Positions 8,163 through 16,930 of a stretch of DNA of 26,055 bases are shown piece by piece. Position numbers and translations under genes: made by a program. Source of the DNA: Bdellovibrio sp. (GTDB taxonomy: Bacteria > Bdellovibrionota > Bdellovibrionia > Bdellovibrionales > Bdellovibrionaceae). The stretch lies in NCBI GenBank assembly GCA_036676395.1, contig JAKFCY010000004.1, positions 1 through 26,055 on the forward strand, in the 5' to 3' direction. Below the pieces are notes generated by a model, which searched no databases, was not told where the DNA came from, and saw only the letters and a program-made list of their open reading frames with translations. The first letter of the stretch is position 1; each line of letters starts with the position of its first letter.

Positions 8163-9551
8163 ATGGATAACTATATAAGAAAATTAAGTGTTAAGTCCCT
8201 CTTCAATGAAAAAACTAATTTGTCGTTAGATTTTGATGAGAAAGTTAACTGTCTGTTTGGCGTAAATGGTTCAGGTAAAACTACTGTAATTAATCTATTA
8301 GTAGCTTCTTTATTTTGTGATGCTTTCAAGTTATCAACTTTAGCTTTTACTAGCGTAATAGTTTCAATAGCACATACCGGCAAAAAGAAAGCTCGTCCTT
8401 TTTTTGAAGTTACCAAAATGGCAAATGGTGTTGCATATCGTTTTTTTCCAGAATTTGTAGATTCAGAAAAAGACGAAGCTGCAGAATTTATTTTTCCAGA
8501 TATATCTAGAAAAGAAGTTTCAAGGGCGGAAGAGATAAAGAAACAGAAAGTTTTAGAAAGAATAAAAGTTCACGTCTCAACAACATACGTACCTTTGAGT
8601 CGACTTCACGATAGCGAAATATATGATAGTGATTATTTACTCAGTCAAGCAATGCGCGTTAGGCACATACCACAAGAAGACATGGAGGATTTTTTAGATC
8701 CTAGCAGAAGAATGCTTCTTAAATTAGAAGCTAATTTTAAGCAAAAATATGCAGAAACCCAAAAGGAGATTAACAAAAATCTAGATGGGTTAAAAGATAC
8801 AATCTTAGAAAAAATGTTGATTAATCAGCAATTTGCTAATAAATACTCGAAGCAAAATATTAGTCTTAAATCAAAATTTACAAAACCTGTCTACGAACAA
8901 TTTCAAACGAAATTACAATCTGCTAATCTCAAAATTTCTGATACTGCATTGAGCCAACACTTCGAAATTATGGAAGTTAACATCAATAAGCTTAATACGC
9001 TAAGAGATGATTACAATCAGTTATTCAATACGACTTCAGAAGTTAAAAACAAAGATAAGCTGCTAAAAGAGATATCCGATAGCTATTCTATTGAGGCGTC
9101 AAAATACAGGGCTTTAAATCCTATTTATGAAAGATTTTTTGACGTATTAGAGGATGTTGAAAATATCCAAGCAAAAAAAGAAGAGCTTCTTAAACCATTT
9201 ACAGAAACAGCTAAGCTGATTAATGAATTCTTAATCAATAAATCATTCTTGTTTACTCCAACAGGAGGATTTGATATTCATTGTAATGGTAGGGAAATAA
9301 AACTTGCGGACTTGTCTTCAGGGGAAAAACACATGATAGCGTTACTTGGGAGGGTGGCTTTATCGCCAGAACAAGGTGCTGTATTTGTTGCGGATGAACC
9401 AGAGTTATCTCTACATTTAGAATGGCAAAGAAAGATAATTCCTGCAATTCAGTCTTTATCTCCGAGTATACAAATTATTGTTGCTACACATTCACCTGCA
9501 ATTATTCCTGACAGTGCGAAAATGATTGACTTGGAAAGCTCAGTAAAATGA
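8163..9551 (+). CDS. ABC/AAA_15-21-type ATPase, PARIS AriA-like
   Basis: Walker A GVNGSGKTT, long helical insert, signature LSSGEK, Walker B VFVADEPE, H-loop ATHSP. ATG 8163 (MDNYIRKL) is preferred over the TTG at 8130. Confidence 0.85.
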   Translation: MDNYIRKLSVKSLFNEKTNLSLDFDEKVNCLFGVNGSGKTTVINLLVASLFCDAFKLSTLAFTSVIVSIAHTGKKKARPFFEVTKMANGVAYRFFPEFVDSEKDEAAEFIFPDISRKEVSRAEEIKKQKVLERIKVHVSTTYVPLSRLHDSEIYDSDYLLSQAMRVRHIPQEDMEDFLDPSRRMLLKLEANFKQKYAETQKEINKNLDGLKDTILEKMLINQQFANKYSKQNISLKSKFTKPVYEQFQTKLQSANLKISDTALSQHFEIMEVNINKLNTLRDDYNQLFNTTSEVKNKDKLLKEISDSYSIEASKYRALNPIYERFFDVLEDVENIQAKKEELLKPFTETAKLINEFLINKSFLFTPTGGFDIHCNGREIKLADLSSGEKHMIALLGRVALSPEQGAVFVADEPELSLHLEWQRKIIPAIQSLSPSIQIIVATHSPAIIPDSAKMIDLESSVK

Positions 9552-10399
9552 AAAGGTCTGACGAGCTGAAATTTAGTCCAGAAGAAAATATCAGAAGAAT
9601 AATAATGGACAAAAAAACTAAATACATCGTTGTAGAAGGTGAAGAGGATGTTCCTAAATATGAGCAAACCATAAGAGCACTCATCTCTCAAGACTTCGAC
9701 TTTGAACCTATTTTTGTTGGTGGTCGAAAAAATATTGAAGCACTTTTAAAAAGTAATCCTAATCGTAATTTCATGGCGATTGCAGACTCTGACTTCAATA
9801 AGGAAGCCTTAACTTCTGACAATAGAGTAGTGGTTTTATCAAGATACTCAATAGAAAACTTTATGTTTTGCAATACTGTATTGAGTGCACTTATTGCGAA
9901 TGTTGTTAATGATACTGAAGCAAATGTACGAGCTTGGTTTAATTTATCTGATTGGATAAATCATTTGCACAGAAGGTTATTTTTCTTATTAAAGTCACTG
10001 CATTTTTATCAAAAAAATATTTACAACAAAAAGAAATGGTCAAAAGTTGATTTGAATATGATCAATTCTTGGGAAATTTGTGAAATTAAAATTTCGGATT
10101 TTCTAAACCACCTTTATGACAATTCAGTCCCAACTGAAGAAATTGAAAAAAGCGACCAATTTAACAATATTACAGAACGCGAATTCGTTAAATACTTTCC
10201 AGGTAAATTACTAATCACTAGTCTATATAGATTCATCTATATGAAATTGATTGATAAGTATGGAACGGCAAAAAAATTAACTACTAGAGTCGGTAACCAA
10301 GACTCTCTTATTTTTTCATGTTCTCCATTTCTGCATAGGCAGCATGATTTGAGAACGGAACTCAAAGGAATAGCAGATTTTTTTGCAGTGACAACGTGA
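9548..10399 (+). CDS. DUF4435 / TOPRIM-like nuclease, PARIS AriB-like
   Basis: IVVEGEED, GGRKN, ADSDF, YSIENF motifs; ATGA overlap with the ATPase stop. Confidence 0.75.
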   Translation: MKRSDELKFSPEENIRRIIMDKKTKYIVVEGEEDVPKYEQTIRALISQDFDFEPIFVGGRKNIEALLKSNPNRNFMAIADSDFNKEALTSDNRVVVLSRYSIENFMFCNTVLSALIANVVNDTEANVRAWFNLSDWINHLHRRLFFLLKSLHFYQKNIYNKKKWSKVDLNMINSWEICEIKISDFLNHLYDNSVPTEEIEKSDQFNNITEREFVKYFPGKLLITSLYRFIYMKLIDKYGTAKKLTTRVGNQDSLIFSCSPFLHRQHDLRTELKGIADFFAVTT

Positions 10400-10481
10400 C
10401 AGTTTTGGCATGCTTTAACGAGTATAAACGAGTTAGGGCGAGTCTATAACGCTATATAAATGATGATTTTTACAATTTGAA
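10392..10481. repeat. att-arm repeat copy 1
   Basis: CAACGTGACAGTTTTGGCATG...CGAG x3...CTATAACGCTATATAAATGATGATTTTTACAATTTGAA; joins a truncated attC. Confidence 0.9.
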
Positions 10482-10524
10482 TTAAGGAGCGCCTTTAGGC
10501 GTCCCGCTTGAATGACGGTTAGGC
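10476..10524 (-). other. Truncated integron attC site
   Basis: Minus strand GCCTAAC-CGTCA-TTCAAGC-GGGACGCCTAAAGGCGCT-CCTTAA-TTCAAA gives R'', L'', central stem and L'. The expected R' GTTRRRY is replaced by the att repeat. Confidence 0.75.
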
Positions 10525-10934
10525 GTTTCTCTTTCTGATTTTGAAAGATACTGAACTGTAGTTTTTATTTCATCCCCCGTGTATTGCAGTAGTGAACTTT
10601 CAGCCTCAAATTTAATAGACTCATCACCCACCATAATTATTTCGTACATTGCTCGCAAATTCTGTAGGTGTGTAAGCTTTATTTCAAGAATGCAGCCTAG
10701 ATAAGCATTCATGGTAAAACCTTCTCGGTTTATTGAAATACACAAAGAGCTAACATTTTTAAAACTTAGTCTAGCTGGTGCAATAACAAAGTTGCACGGT
10801 GTTTCGTCAAACAGCCACTCTTTAATATGGTCTATATCCAGTTCAAAGTCAGATGAGAAGTTTTCGTCCGTGAACGCCATAGCGTGAATATAGTTATCGT
10901 GGAATGACTCTATTTCAACGATATGAGAATTCAT
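10482..10934 (-). CDS. Hypothetical protein in an integron gene cassette
   Basis: 150-aa ORF; GTTAGGC 7 nt before the ATG; the C-terminal tail PNRHSSGTPKGAP is read-through into the attC. Confidence 0.75.
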   Translation of the reverse strand: MNSHIVEIESFHDNYIHAMAFTDENFSSDFELDIDHIKEWLFDETPCNFVIAPARLSFKNVSSLCISINREGFTMNAYLGCILEIKLTHLQNLRAMYEIIMVGDESIKFEAESSLLQYTGDEIKTTVQYLSKSERETPNRHSSGTPKGAP

Positions 10935-11052
10935 TATTAATGCCTAACAGTTAATATAGAGACCCATGGGTCCGCATATTAATAATTGAATGATCGTTGA
11001 TGCACCTTTGGCAGTTGAAATTAATCGCCATGCTTACGGGTGAGGTCCACAA

Positions 11053-11715
11053 TTACTTAAAGTTTCGAATTACTTTATAAGTAATACTAGTGTTATCAGC
11101 GCTAATAACTTCCAACATAGCGCCTTTGTAAGCAATAGTTTTTGAGGTGCTGAAATCGTATTCGACATCATTATTAAATGCAGGTCGCGCTGAATTATTA
11201 CTAAACTCTCTGTAACTAATTTTTAACTTATCGCCTACTCTTCCACTATATAAAAGTGTTTGTTGAAAGCTTGTACCTCTCTCAGAAATTTTAGTTGTTC
11301 TTTTGAAATTGCCTTGATAACAAACTGGGTTCCCGAATGTTGTAATCACACACAGTTCATTGGTAGCTGACTTGCTAACGCTCAAGGCATCAAATGGATC
11401 TGAAAGAGGATTTTTTGTAACGCCCTGTGCACTATAGAAATCATTTCTTTCATCAAAACCGATTTGCGGATATTTAAGGGGCGGAATTGTGTAGTTAAAT
11501 CCACCCATCTTTTCATATACTTCTAATACCTTTTCTTCAACTACGACGCCTTTTTCTAGCAATGGATCACCTATTGATGCAACCTCAACTTTGCCAATTT
11601 CTGGCCTGTCTATGAGCGTTGCTTTAGTATCTGAGCCATTATATTTGACGGCTACACATCCTGACATTGACAGTATTAGTAGGATTGCAGATATTGTAAT
11701 TTGTGGTTTATGCAT
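11053..11715 (-). CDS. Putative lipoprotein, unknown function
   Basis: Signal peptide with lipobox-like MSGC; 220-aa open frame. Confidence 0.75.
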   Translation of the reverse strand: MHKPQITISAILLILSMSGCVAVKYNGSDTKATLIDRPEIGKVEVASIGDPLLEKGVVVEEKVLEVYEKMGGFNYTIPPLKYPQIGFDERNDFYSAQGVTKNPLSDPFDALSVSKSATNELCVITTFGNPVCYQGNFKRTTKISERGTSFQQTLLYSGRVGDKLKISYREFSNNSARPAFNNDVEYDFSTSKTIAYKGAMLEVISADNTSITYKVIRNFK

Positions 11716-11764
11716 AATTCATTCGATTTTGTTGCTATCAAGAATTAAAACTAAGTGTAGGCTT

Positions 11765-11986
11765 TTAGTGGCAATGGTATGGAACTGATTTATTGTGACA
11801 CCCATAACTATCTAAACCGCCTCCATGTGAGGGTGCTCCACTCGTTCCAGTCTCATCATGAGTATGTCCACTGTAGAAAGCCACAGCTTTCCTAGGATTG
11901 AAGCCATCAGCATTTACTGCACCAATACCTACTGTAGCTACTGCAATGATGGCTAATACAGCTTTTTTTGCGTGTTTCATAAGCAC
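11765..11986 (-). CDS. Small secreted His/Cys-rich protein (YHYH-type)
   Basis: Signal peptide ending AVNA; HTH..SHGGGLDSYGCH..YHCH motif. Minus-strand GGAG lies just upstream, so the start may be GTG 11986 or ATG 11980. Confidence 0.7.
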   Translation of the reverse strand: MLMKHAKKAVLAIIAVATVGIGAVNADGFNPRKAVAFYSGHTHDETGTSGAPSHGGGLDSYGCHNKSVPYHCH

Positions 11987-12095
11987 TCCAAACAGTAATG
12001 TAATTTACAAGCACTTGATTAGTAATTTGACTATACTCTTAACGACGTAGGAATGTAATTACATATGCGCTGTTTTGAGCCGAAAGCACTCTTAA

Positions 12096-12234
12096 CAACG
12101 TGACAATTTTGGCACGCTTAAACGAGTATAAACGAGCGAGGGCGAGCCTATAACGCTATATTAATGATGATTTTTACAGTTGAAAATCCGATAAATTGAA
12201 TTATGTATCAATAAGTTAGACTGCTCACGTGACA
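12096..12234. repeat. att-arm repeat copy 2 with non-tRNA right arm (IHF consensus + CGTGACA)
   Basis: 86/95 identical to copy 4 through TTGAAAATCCG; then ATAAATT-8-TATCAATAAGTTA (12206-12218)-9-CGTGACA. Confidence 0.92.
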
Positions 12235-12277
12235 TGTCTATAATTCGACATAGTAGACTTTGCAGTAATTTATTGTT

Positions 12278-12829
12278 TTATTGAATATCACTTATTTTTA
12301 TTTGCAATAGGTTTTCACATTCTGTAATTACATTTACTTCTGGTGCTGCGGCAACCTCATCAATGTTATATTGCAATATTGGGAGATTCAATTTTTTTAG
12401 TATTTGCAAATTAGCATTATCGGGATTAGTAGAATCTTCAAACCGTATAGCCAAATAATTGGTTCCAACTAAAATTTCGATTGGCTCCACATTTGTCCAC
12501 GCTCTTCCTCCTGAACCATATAAAGTTCTCTTCTCAAAAACCTCAACTTTCCCACGCGAAATAGTGCCTTGGTACAAAGTTGATCCACTCAATTTGCCCC
12601 CTAAATAACTGTTGTAAACTAAGCACACGTCCTTGCTTTTTTCAGTGAGAAAGATTCTGGTATCAGCAAAAAAGGTAGGAGAGTCATTAACTTTTATTGA
12701 ACCCCCATCTTGAACTTGCCATAAACTAGTTTTAATTATGGGCGACTGATTGGTTTTCACTGGTAACTGATTACAAGCTGCCAATGATAAAAATACAGCC
12801 CACATTGAAAGTCGAAGAAAATTATTCAT
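12278..12829 (-). CDS. Putative lipoprotein, unknown function
   Basis: Signal peptide with LAAC lipobox. Confidence 0.75.
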   Translation of the reverse strand: MNNFLRLSMWAVFLSLAACNQLPVKTNQSPIIKTSLWQVQDGGSIKVNDSPTFFADTRIFLTEKSKDVCLVYNSYLGGKLSGSTLYQGTISRGKVEVFEKRTLYGSGGRAWTNVEPIEILVGTNYLAIRFEDSTNPDNANLQILKKLNLPILQYNIDEVAAAPEVNVITECENLLQIKISDIQ

Positions 12830-12846
12830 TTTTTTTATTGATTAAC

Positions 12847-14490
12847 TTAAGTTGTTAAATTAATCTGCACCTCTAGCATCCGTATGACTTCTTGGTTTGA
12901 AAAGTTTTTCGCAAAATCGAGAGCTGATTGTCCGTTATATTTAATTTCATTAATTTTTATAGTGGAACTCAATATAACTAACATACCTTCAGTTGACTGA
13001 TTAAAAATGGGTATGAATGCTATTGGAAAATTTTCCCTACCTACCCTTTCTGTAAGGCTAGCTCCTAAATTGATTAATCGCTTAGCTGAAATGAAATCAT
13101 TATTCATAAGCGCTATTGATAATGCTGTGTGGTTTTCTGGACTTTTGGAATCAATATTATTTTTAATTTTTACAAGGGATTTAAGAGCGCCTAAGGTATT
13201 TTTATTCTTTGACAGTTCTAGATACAGCTGTGGTCCTTCAGGAAAGAACGTTCTAGCTAAACCTATATATGCGTTTTTTCTCTCCGCATCTGATTTGTTC
13301 CAAGCTAAATAATATGCAATGCCTAAAGTGTTTCTTGAAAAGTCAGTTTTACATCCTTTATCAATAGCGGTTTGTGCAAGTTCAATCGCATTATCTATAT
13401 TAAATTGATGATTAATTTCAAATTTTGCATGCTCACTATAAAAACATGGGTATATCTGATACTCATTTTCACGTTGAGCGAGTAATTTATTAGCGCTCAC
13501 GAGATCATTTTCAGATATGTATATTTTGGTTAAATTTTTGTAAGCCTCTAATCTAGCTCTGTCATATGAATTTGTAGTTCGCTCACTGGCTATAGCTTTC
13601 TGATACATTTCCGCTGCTTTATCTAAGTTTTTCTTTCGCATCCATAAATCACCCCAATTAGTCCACAACCATAAGTTATCCGTACCAATCTTTTGAGCCT
13701 CCATAAACTCATCTTCAGCAGCTTTTAATTTGTCCTGATTAGTGTAAACATAGCCTAGTAATATGTGTGAATTAACATGATTTTTATTAATAGCTAATCC
13801 AGTATTAAGATGTTGTTCAGCTTGGCTCAAGCCTTCCATACTCCAATTATTTCTCATTACAATTCGTGCAAACTCCGGATACGCGTCTACATATAGCGGA
13901 TTCTTGATAACAATTTTTTCTAAATAACTTTTTGCTAAACCTAGATTACTAGCATTCTCACTGTCAATATATTGAACTGCCAATTTATAAAGCTCATCCG
14001 GCGATTTCTTTTTTAATTCTTTTGCTTGATGGTAAGAAAATAGATCAGGCCATTCAATAGTGAAGTTTTCAACTAATGACGCTTCTATATTTGGGTAACC
14101 AAGGTTTGCAATTACTTTTGTTGAGATTGCTGGGCTCATTGGAGTTATAGGTCTGCGAACTTCCAGCTTTACAGTATTAAGACCAATTTTAGCTTCTTGT
14201 GAAGACAGACCAGAACTCATCCCTTGAGATTTGTCGTCATTTGTTAACACTGCAATCAAGGTATTTTTTGGTAACCCATTAAAATAATATGTAACTTCAA
14301 CATCATAATTTTCACTACCTTGGTTTATTTTCATGGATTTAATGCTATTTTTCCCTGATAATTTTTGGGGTGTTTGTGGTTTATTAAGCTCAGTAAAAAA
14401 TTCCTTTTTTACCAAAAAAATAGCTATTACCGTTAATACTATTGCTAAAACAAGGGTTAATTTTTTATTATTTTTAATATTAATATTCAT
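12847..14490 (-). CDS. Membrane-anchored TPR-repeat protein with C-terminal ankyrin-like repeats
   Basis: N-terminal TM helix; TPR-like helices (LGYVYTNQDKLKAAEDEF, WGDLWMRKKNLDKAAEMYQKAI); NHTALSIA..LINLGA and GQSALDFA ankyrin-like motifs. Confidence 0.8.
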   Translation of the reverse strand: MNINIKNNKKLTLVLAIVLTVIAIFLVKKEFFTELNKPQTPQKLSGKNSIKSMKINQGSENYDVEVTYYFNGLPKNTLIAVLTNDDKSQGMSSGLSSQEAKIGLNTVKLEVRRPITPMSPAISTKVIANLGYPNIEASLVENFTIEWPDLFSYHQAKELKKKSPDELYKLAVQYIDSENASNLGLAKSYLEKIVIKNPLYVDAYPEFARIVMRNNWSMEGLSQAEQHLNTGLAINKNHVNSHILLGYVYTNQDKLKAAEDEFMEAQKIGTDNLWLWTNWGDLWMRKKNLDKAAEMYQKAIASERTTNSYDRARLEAYKNLTKIYISENDLVSANKLLAQRENEYQIYPCFYSEHAKFEINHQFNIDNAIELAQTAIDKGCKTDFSRNTLGIAYYLAWNKSDAERKNAYIGLARTFFPEGPQLYLELSKNKNTLGALKSLVKIKNNIDSKSPENHTALSIALMNNDFISAKRLINLGASLTERVGRENFPIAFIPIFNQSTEGMLVILSSTIKINEIKYNGQSALDFAKNFSNQEVIRMLEVQINLTT

Positions 14491-14534
14491 ATTTATTTGG
14501 TTTTTTTATAGTTAGGATACTTAGTTCCGTCCAC

Positions 14535-14580
14535 ATAGTAATTAATAGCAAGTACGGACGCAACCAAATAGAAATGCTAG
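14535..14580 (-). promoter_or_regulatory. Sigma70-like promoter block A
   Basis: Minus strand TTGCGT-17nt-TACTAT, 45 bp upstream of the 547-aa gene; 39/46 identical to 20113-20158. Confidence 0.6.
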
Positions 14581-14626
14581 GTAGTTATTTGAAAGCAAAC
14601 TTCAGTAAGGGTAGAAGCAATCTTAG

Positions 14627-14766
14627 CAACGTGACAATTTTGTCATGCTCTAACGGGTATAAACGAGTGAGGACGAGTCTATAACGCTATATAAATGATG
14701 ATTTTTTACAGTTGAAAACCCGATAAATTAGTTTAGTTATCAATAAGTTAAGATATTAGCGTGACA
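14627..14766. repeat. att-arm repeat copy 3 with non-tRNA right arm
   Basis: Same left arm, core TTGAAAACCCG, then ATAAATT-8-TATCAATAAGTTA (14738-14750)-9-CGTGACA. Confidence 0.92.
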
Positions 14767-14795
14767 AAGTCTGCTTTCGGCCCAAAGCAGTCGTT
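14766..14795. repeat. Short GC hairpin repeat (GCTTTGGGCCGAAAGC family, reverse orientation)
   Basis: CTGCTTT-CGGCCC-AAAGCAG stem-loop; relatives at 16838-16868 and 20199-20229. Confidence 0.75.
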
Positions 14796-14853
14796 CGAGC
14801 TATCATTAGCTCACCAATTCTGTCAAATTTGAGAATTAGATTATTCGTTTCCT

Positions 14854-16734
14854 TCAATCACCAACTGAAAATGTATCGCCCTCATATTCACCTTGAAACT
14901 TACTGATAGGCCTACCTGCCCACAAAAATGCATCATTATTTAGAGTTGTGTATTCAGGTGTATTTTTTTCAAAAGCCCAATTAGCGTAGTTGCCTCTCCT
15001 TACTATGACTTTAGTGTTACCTGCACCAGTAATTTTTGAGCCTTCATAACTAGTCACTATCACCGCAATTAATTTTGCACTCGGCTCTATAGCTAAATTC
15101 CAGCTAAGAGACTCATATGAGCTCAACATTAAAACTATTGGATTACGTGTTTTCTTCACAGTTACATTCACGATACGGTTCGTACCATCATGCTTACCTT
15201 GATAGACACCAATGGCTTGAACTTGAGCGTTGCTTGGAATATTTCCTATCAATCCAGCTCTTTTTTCTGCTATTTGCGTTTCAAATCCAGCCAGACTGCC
15301 TTGTTTATCATTCTTGTAATCAGCTTTTTTTTCCAACTCAGTCAATTCTTTTTTTACTCTATCCGTAACAAGCACAGATTCTAATGATAGTGGTTTTCCT
15401 ATTTTAACCTCATCACCAATCCACATTCCTTTGTGGACGCGTCGCATAAAGCCTTTGCGACCATCGAGAGGAGATACAATACCCCAGAACTCATCCGCTT
15501 CAATGGGTGATAATGTTAAATTATTTAAATTAAATACCCACGGATTTGGAAGGTTATTAGTTGAGTAGCCTATGCCGTCATGGGATGTGACCAAAAGCGC
15601 TTCTTCACTTAGTTTCGCGTAGTTATTTTTATTTAAAAAGCCACCTGTATCAAATTGTTTTTCTTTACCTGAATTTAGGTTAAATAGTGTAAAAAAATCA
15701 TTTTTAGGTTCTAAGAAAGACCTAAAAAAAATAGATTTGCCATTTTCCATTAAAATAGGATTGTCATAGGTAATTCTACTATTTACTAACTTATAATCCT
15801 TAACGATTTTACCTACTACTCCAGTCGATATGCGGATATTCTCAACTAGAGAAAAATCTTCATGTGATCGCGACCCTATTAAAAAGCGTGAGGGTGACTC
15901 ACTAATTTGCAAAGCCCAAGTCTGGCCATTATATGGAATGGAATAAGGTGCAATCTCTCCCGTTTTGAAATCTAACAACCATAATTTACTTTCTCCATTA
16001 ATTGTTCTATTTACTAAAGCTGCTTGCATTTCTGGAAACCAAGCGTAAAAATCACCAAATTTTCTGGCTCCCCACAACACTTGTCCTGTTTCATTATCGA
16101 CAAAGCTAAGTAAGCCTCCATTTCTTATCACAATCATTCTTCCATTAGGAGAAAGTACAGCGGTGTGGTCAGATGCATTTGGCATTACAGGTAGATGGGC
16201 TATTTGCTTACCACTAGGAATTTCATAGGAAACATATTCTCCACGTGTATATCTGAGTACCGCCACTCCAGACTTAGAAGCAGCTATTCCAGTAAAAACC
16301 TGCATACCTTCGGAGTTTGGTATGAAAGATGGTGAACCAAGTTTAACCATAGGCCTCAATGGTGGTTGCATAGAGCGAAAACTTACGAGGGATATTCCAA
16401 TAAGTTGAAGTAATTGCTCATCCTGCTCTTCAAGGCAGTTGTTGCGCAGAACAGTTAATGCCGCGATCTTTTTTGGATCAATTTCTTCCTTTGATACAAA
16501 TTTCACGCAAGTTAATACTCTAATTTCTAGTTTTGACTCATAACGATTTTTGAATAATTTTAAATAGTTATCTTCTGCTGGAATAATAGCGTCAACCCTT
16601 TCTAGGGCACTCGCAACCTCAGCACTGGGTGGAAAAGTCTTATTAAACTCTTCAATTGAGGATTGTTGGGCTTTTAAAGAATGAGCATAAATTAGCCCGG
16701 TAGCAAACAAAAAGCACAATATTGTTCTAGACAT
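14854..16734 (-). CDS. Secreted protein with probable beta-propeller and a C-terminal domain of unknown function
   Basis: Signal peptide (..SLKA-QQ); repeats such as LSPNGRMI and LLDFKTGEI; 626-aa open frame. Confidence 0.75.
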   Translation of the reverse strand: MSRTILCFLFATGLIYAHSLKAQQSSIEEFNKTFPPSAEVASALERVDAIIPAEDNYLKLFKNRYESKLEIRVLTCVKFVSKEEIDPKKIAALTVLRNNCLEEQDEQLLQLIGISLVSFRSMQPPLRPMVKLGSPSFIPNSEGMQVFTGIAASKSGVAVLRYTRGEYVSYEIPSGKQIAHLPVMPNASDHTAVLSPNGRMIVIRNGGLLSFVDNETGQVLWGARKFGDFYAWFPEMQAALVNRTINGESKLWLLDFKTGEIAPYSIPYNGQTWALQISESPSRFLIGSRSHEDFSLVENIRISTGVVGKIVKDYKLVNSRITYDNPILMENGKSIFFRSFLEPKNDFFTLFNLNSGKEKQFDTGGFLNKNNYAKLSEEALLVTSHDGIGYSTNNLPNPWVFNLNNLTLSPIEADEFWGIVSPLDGRKGFMRRVHKGMWIGDEVKIGKPLSLESVLVTDRVKKELTELEKKADYKNDKQGSLAGFETQIAEKRAGLIGNIPSNAQVQAIGVYQGKHDGTNRIVNVTVKKTRNPIVLMLSSYESLSWNLAIEPSAKLIAVIVTSYEGSKITGAGNTKVIVRRGNYANWAFEKNTPEYTTLNNDAFLWAGRPISKFQGEYEGDTFSVGD

Positions 16735-16837
16735 ATTTTTTATTCTTAAAATGTTCTTATATGATTGTTATGGACAATCATACTTAATACAAATAATAGA
16801 AACCACTACTGAAAATACTAGGATTTTAAATGAGGTG

Positions 16838-16868
16838 AATGTCAGCTTTGGGCCGAAAGCGGAGACAT
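16838..16868. repeat. Short GC hairpin repeat between two cargo genes
   Basis: AATGTCAGCTTTGGGCCGAAAGCGGAGACAT. Confidence 0.75.
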
Positions 16869-16930
16869 CAACTTCGAATGATACATATGGGACAAACTTC
16901 AATTTGCACAGTCTGAGCATTAGGCAATAT

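Noticed and set aside
11012..11020. CAGTTGAAA as a sixth att core
   Set aside because: Only 9 bp with no arm motifs around it; plausible by chance in AT-rich DNA.
12206..12234. XerCD dif site in the right arm
   Set aside because: No 11-6-11 arrangement with a TTATGTTAAAT-like XerD arm; the IHF consensus fits better.
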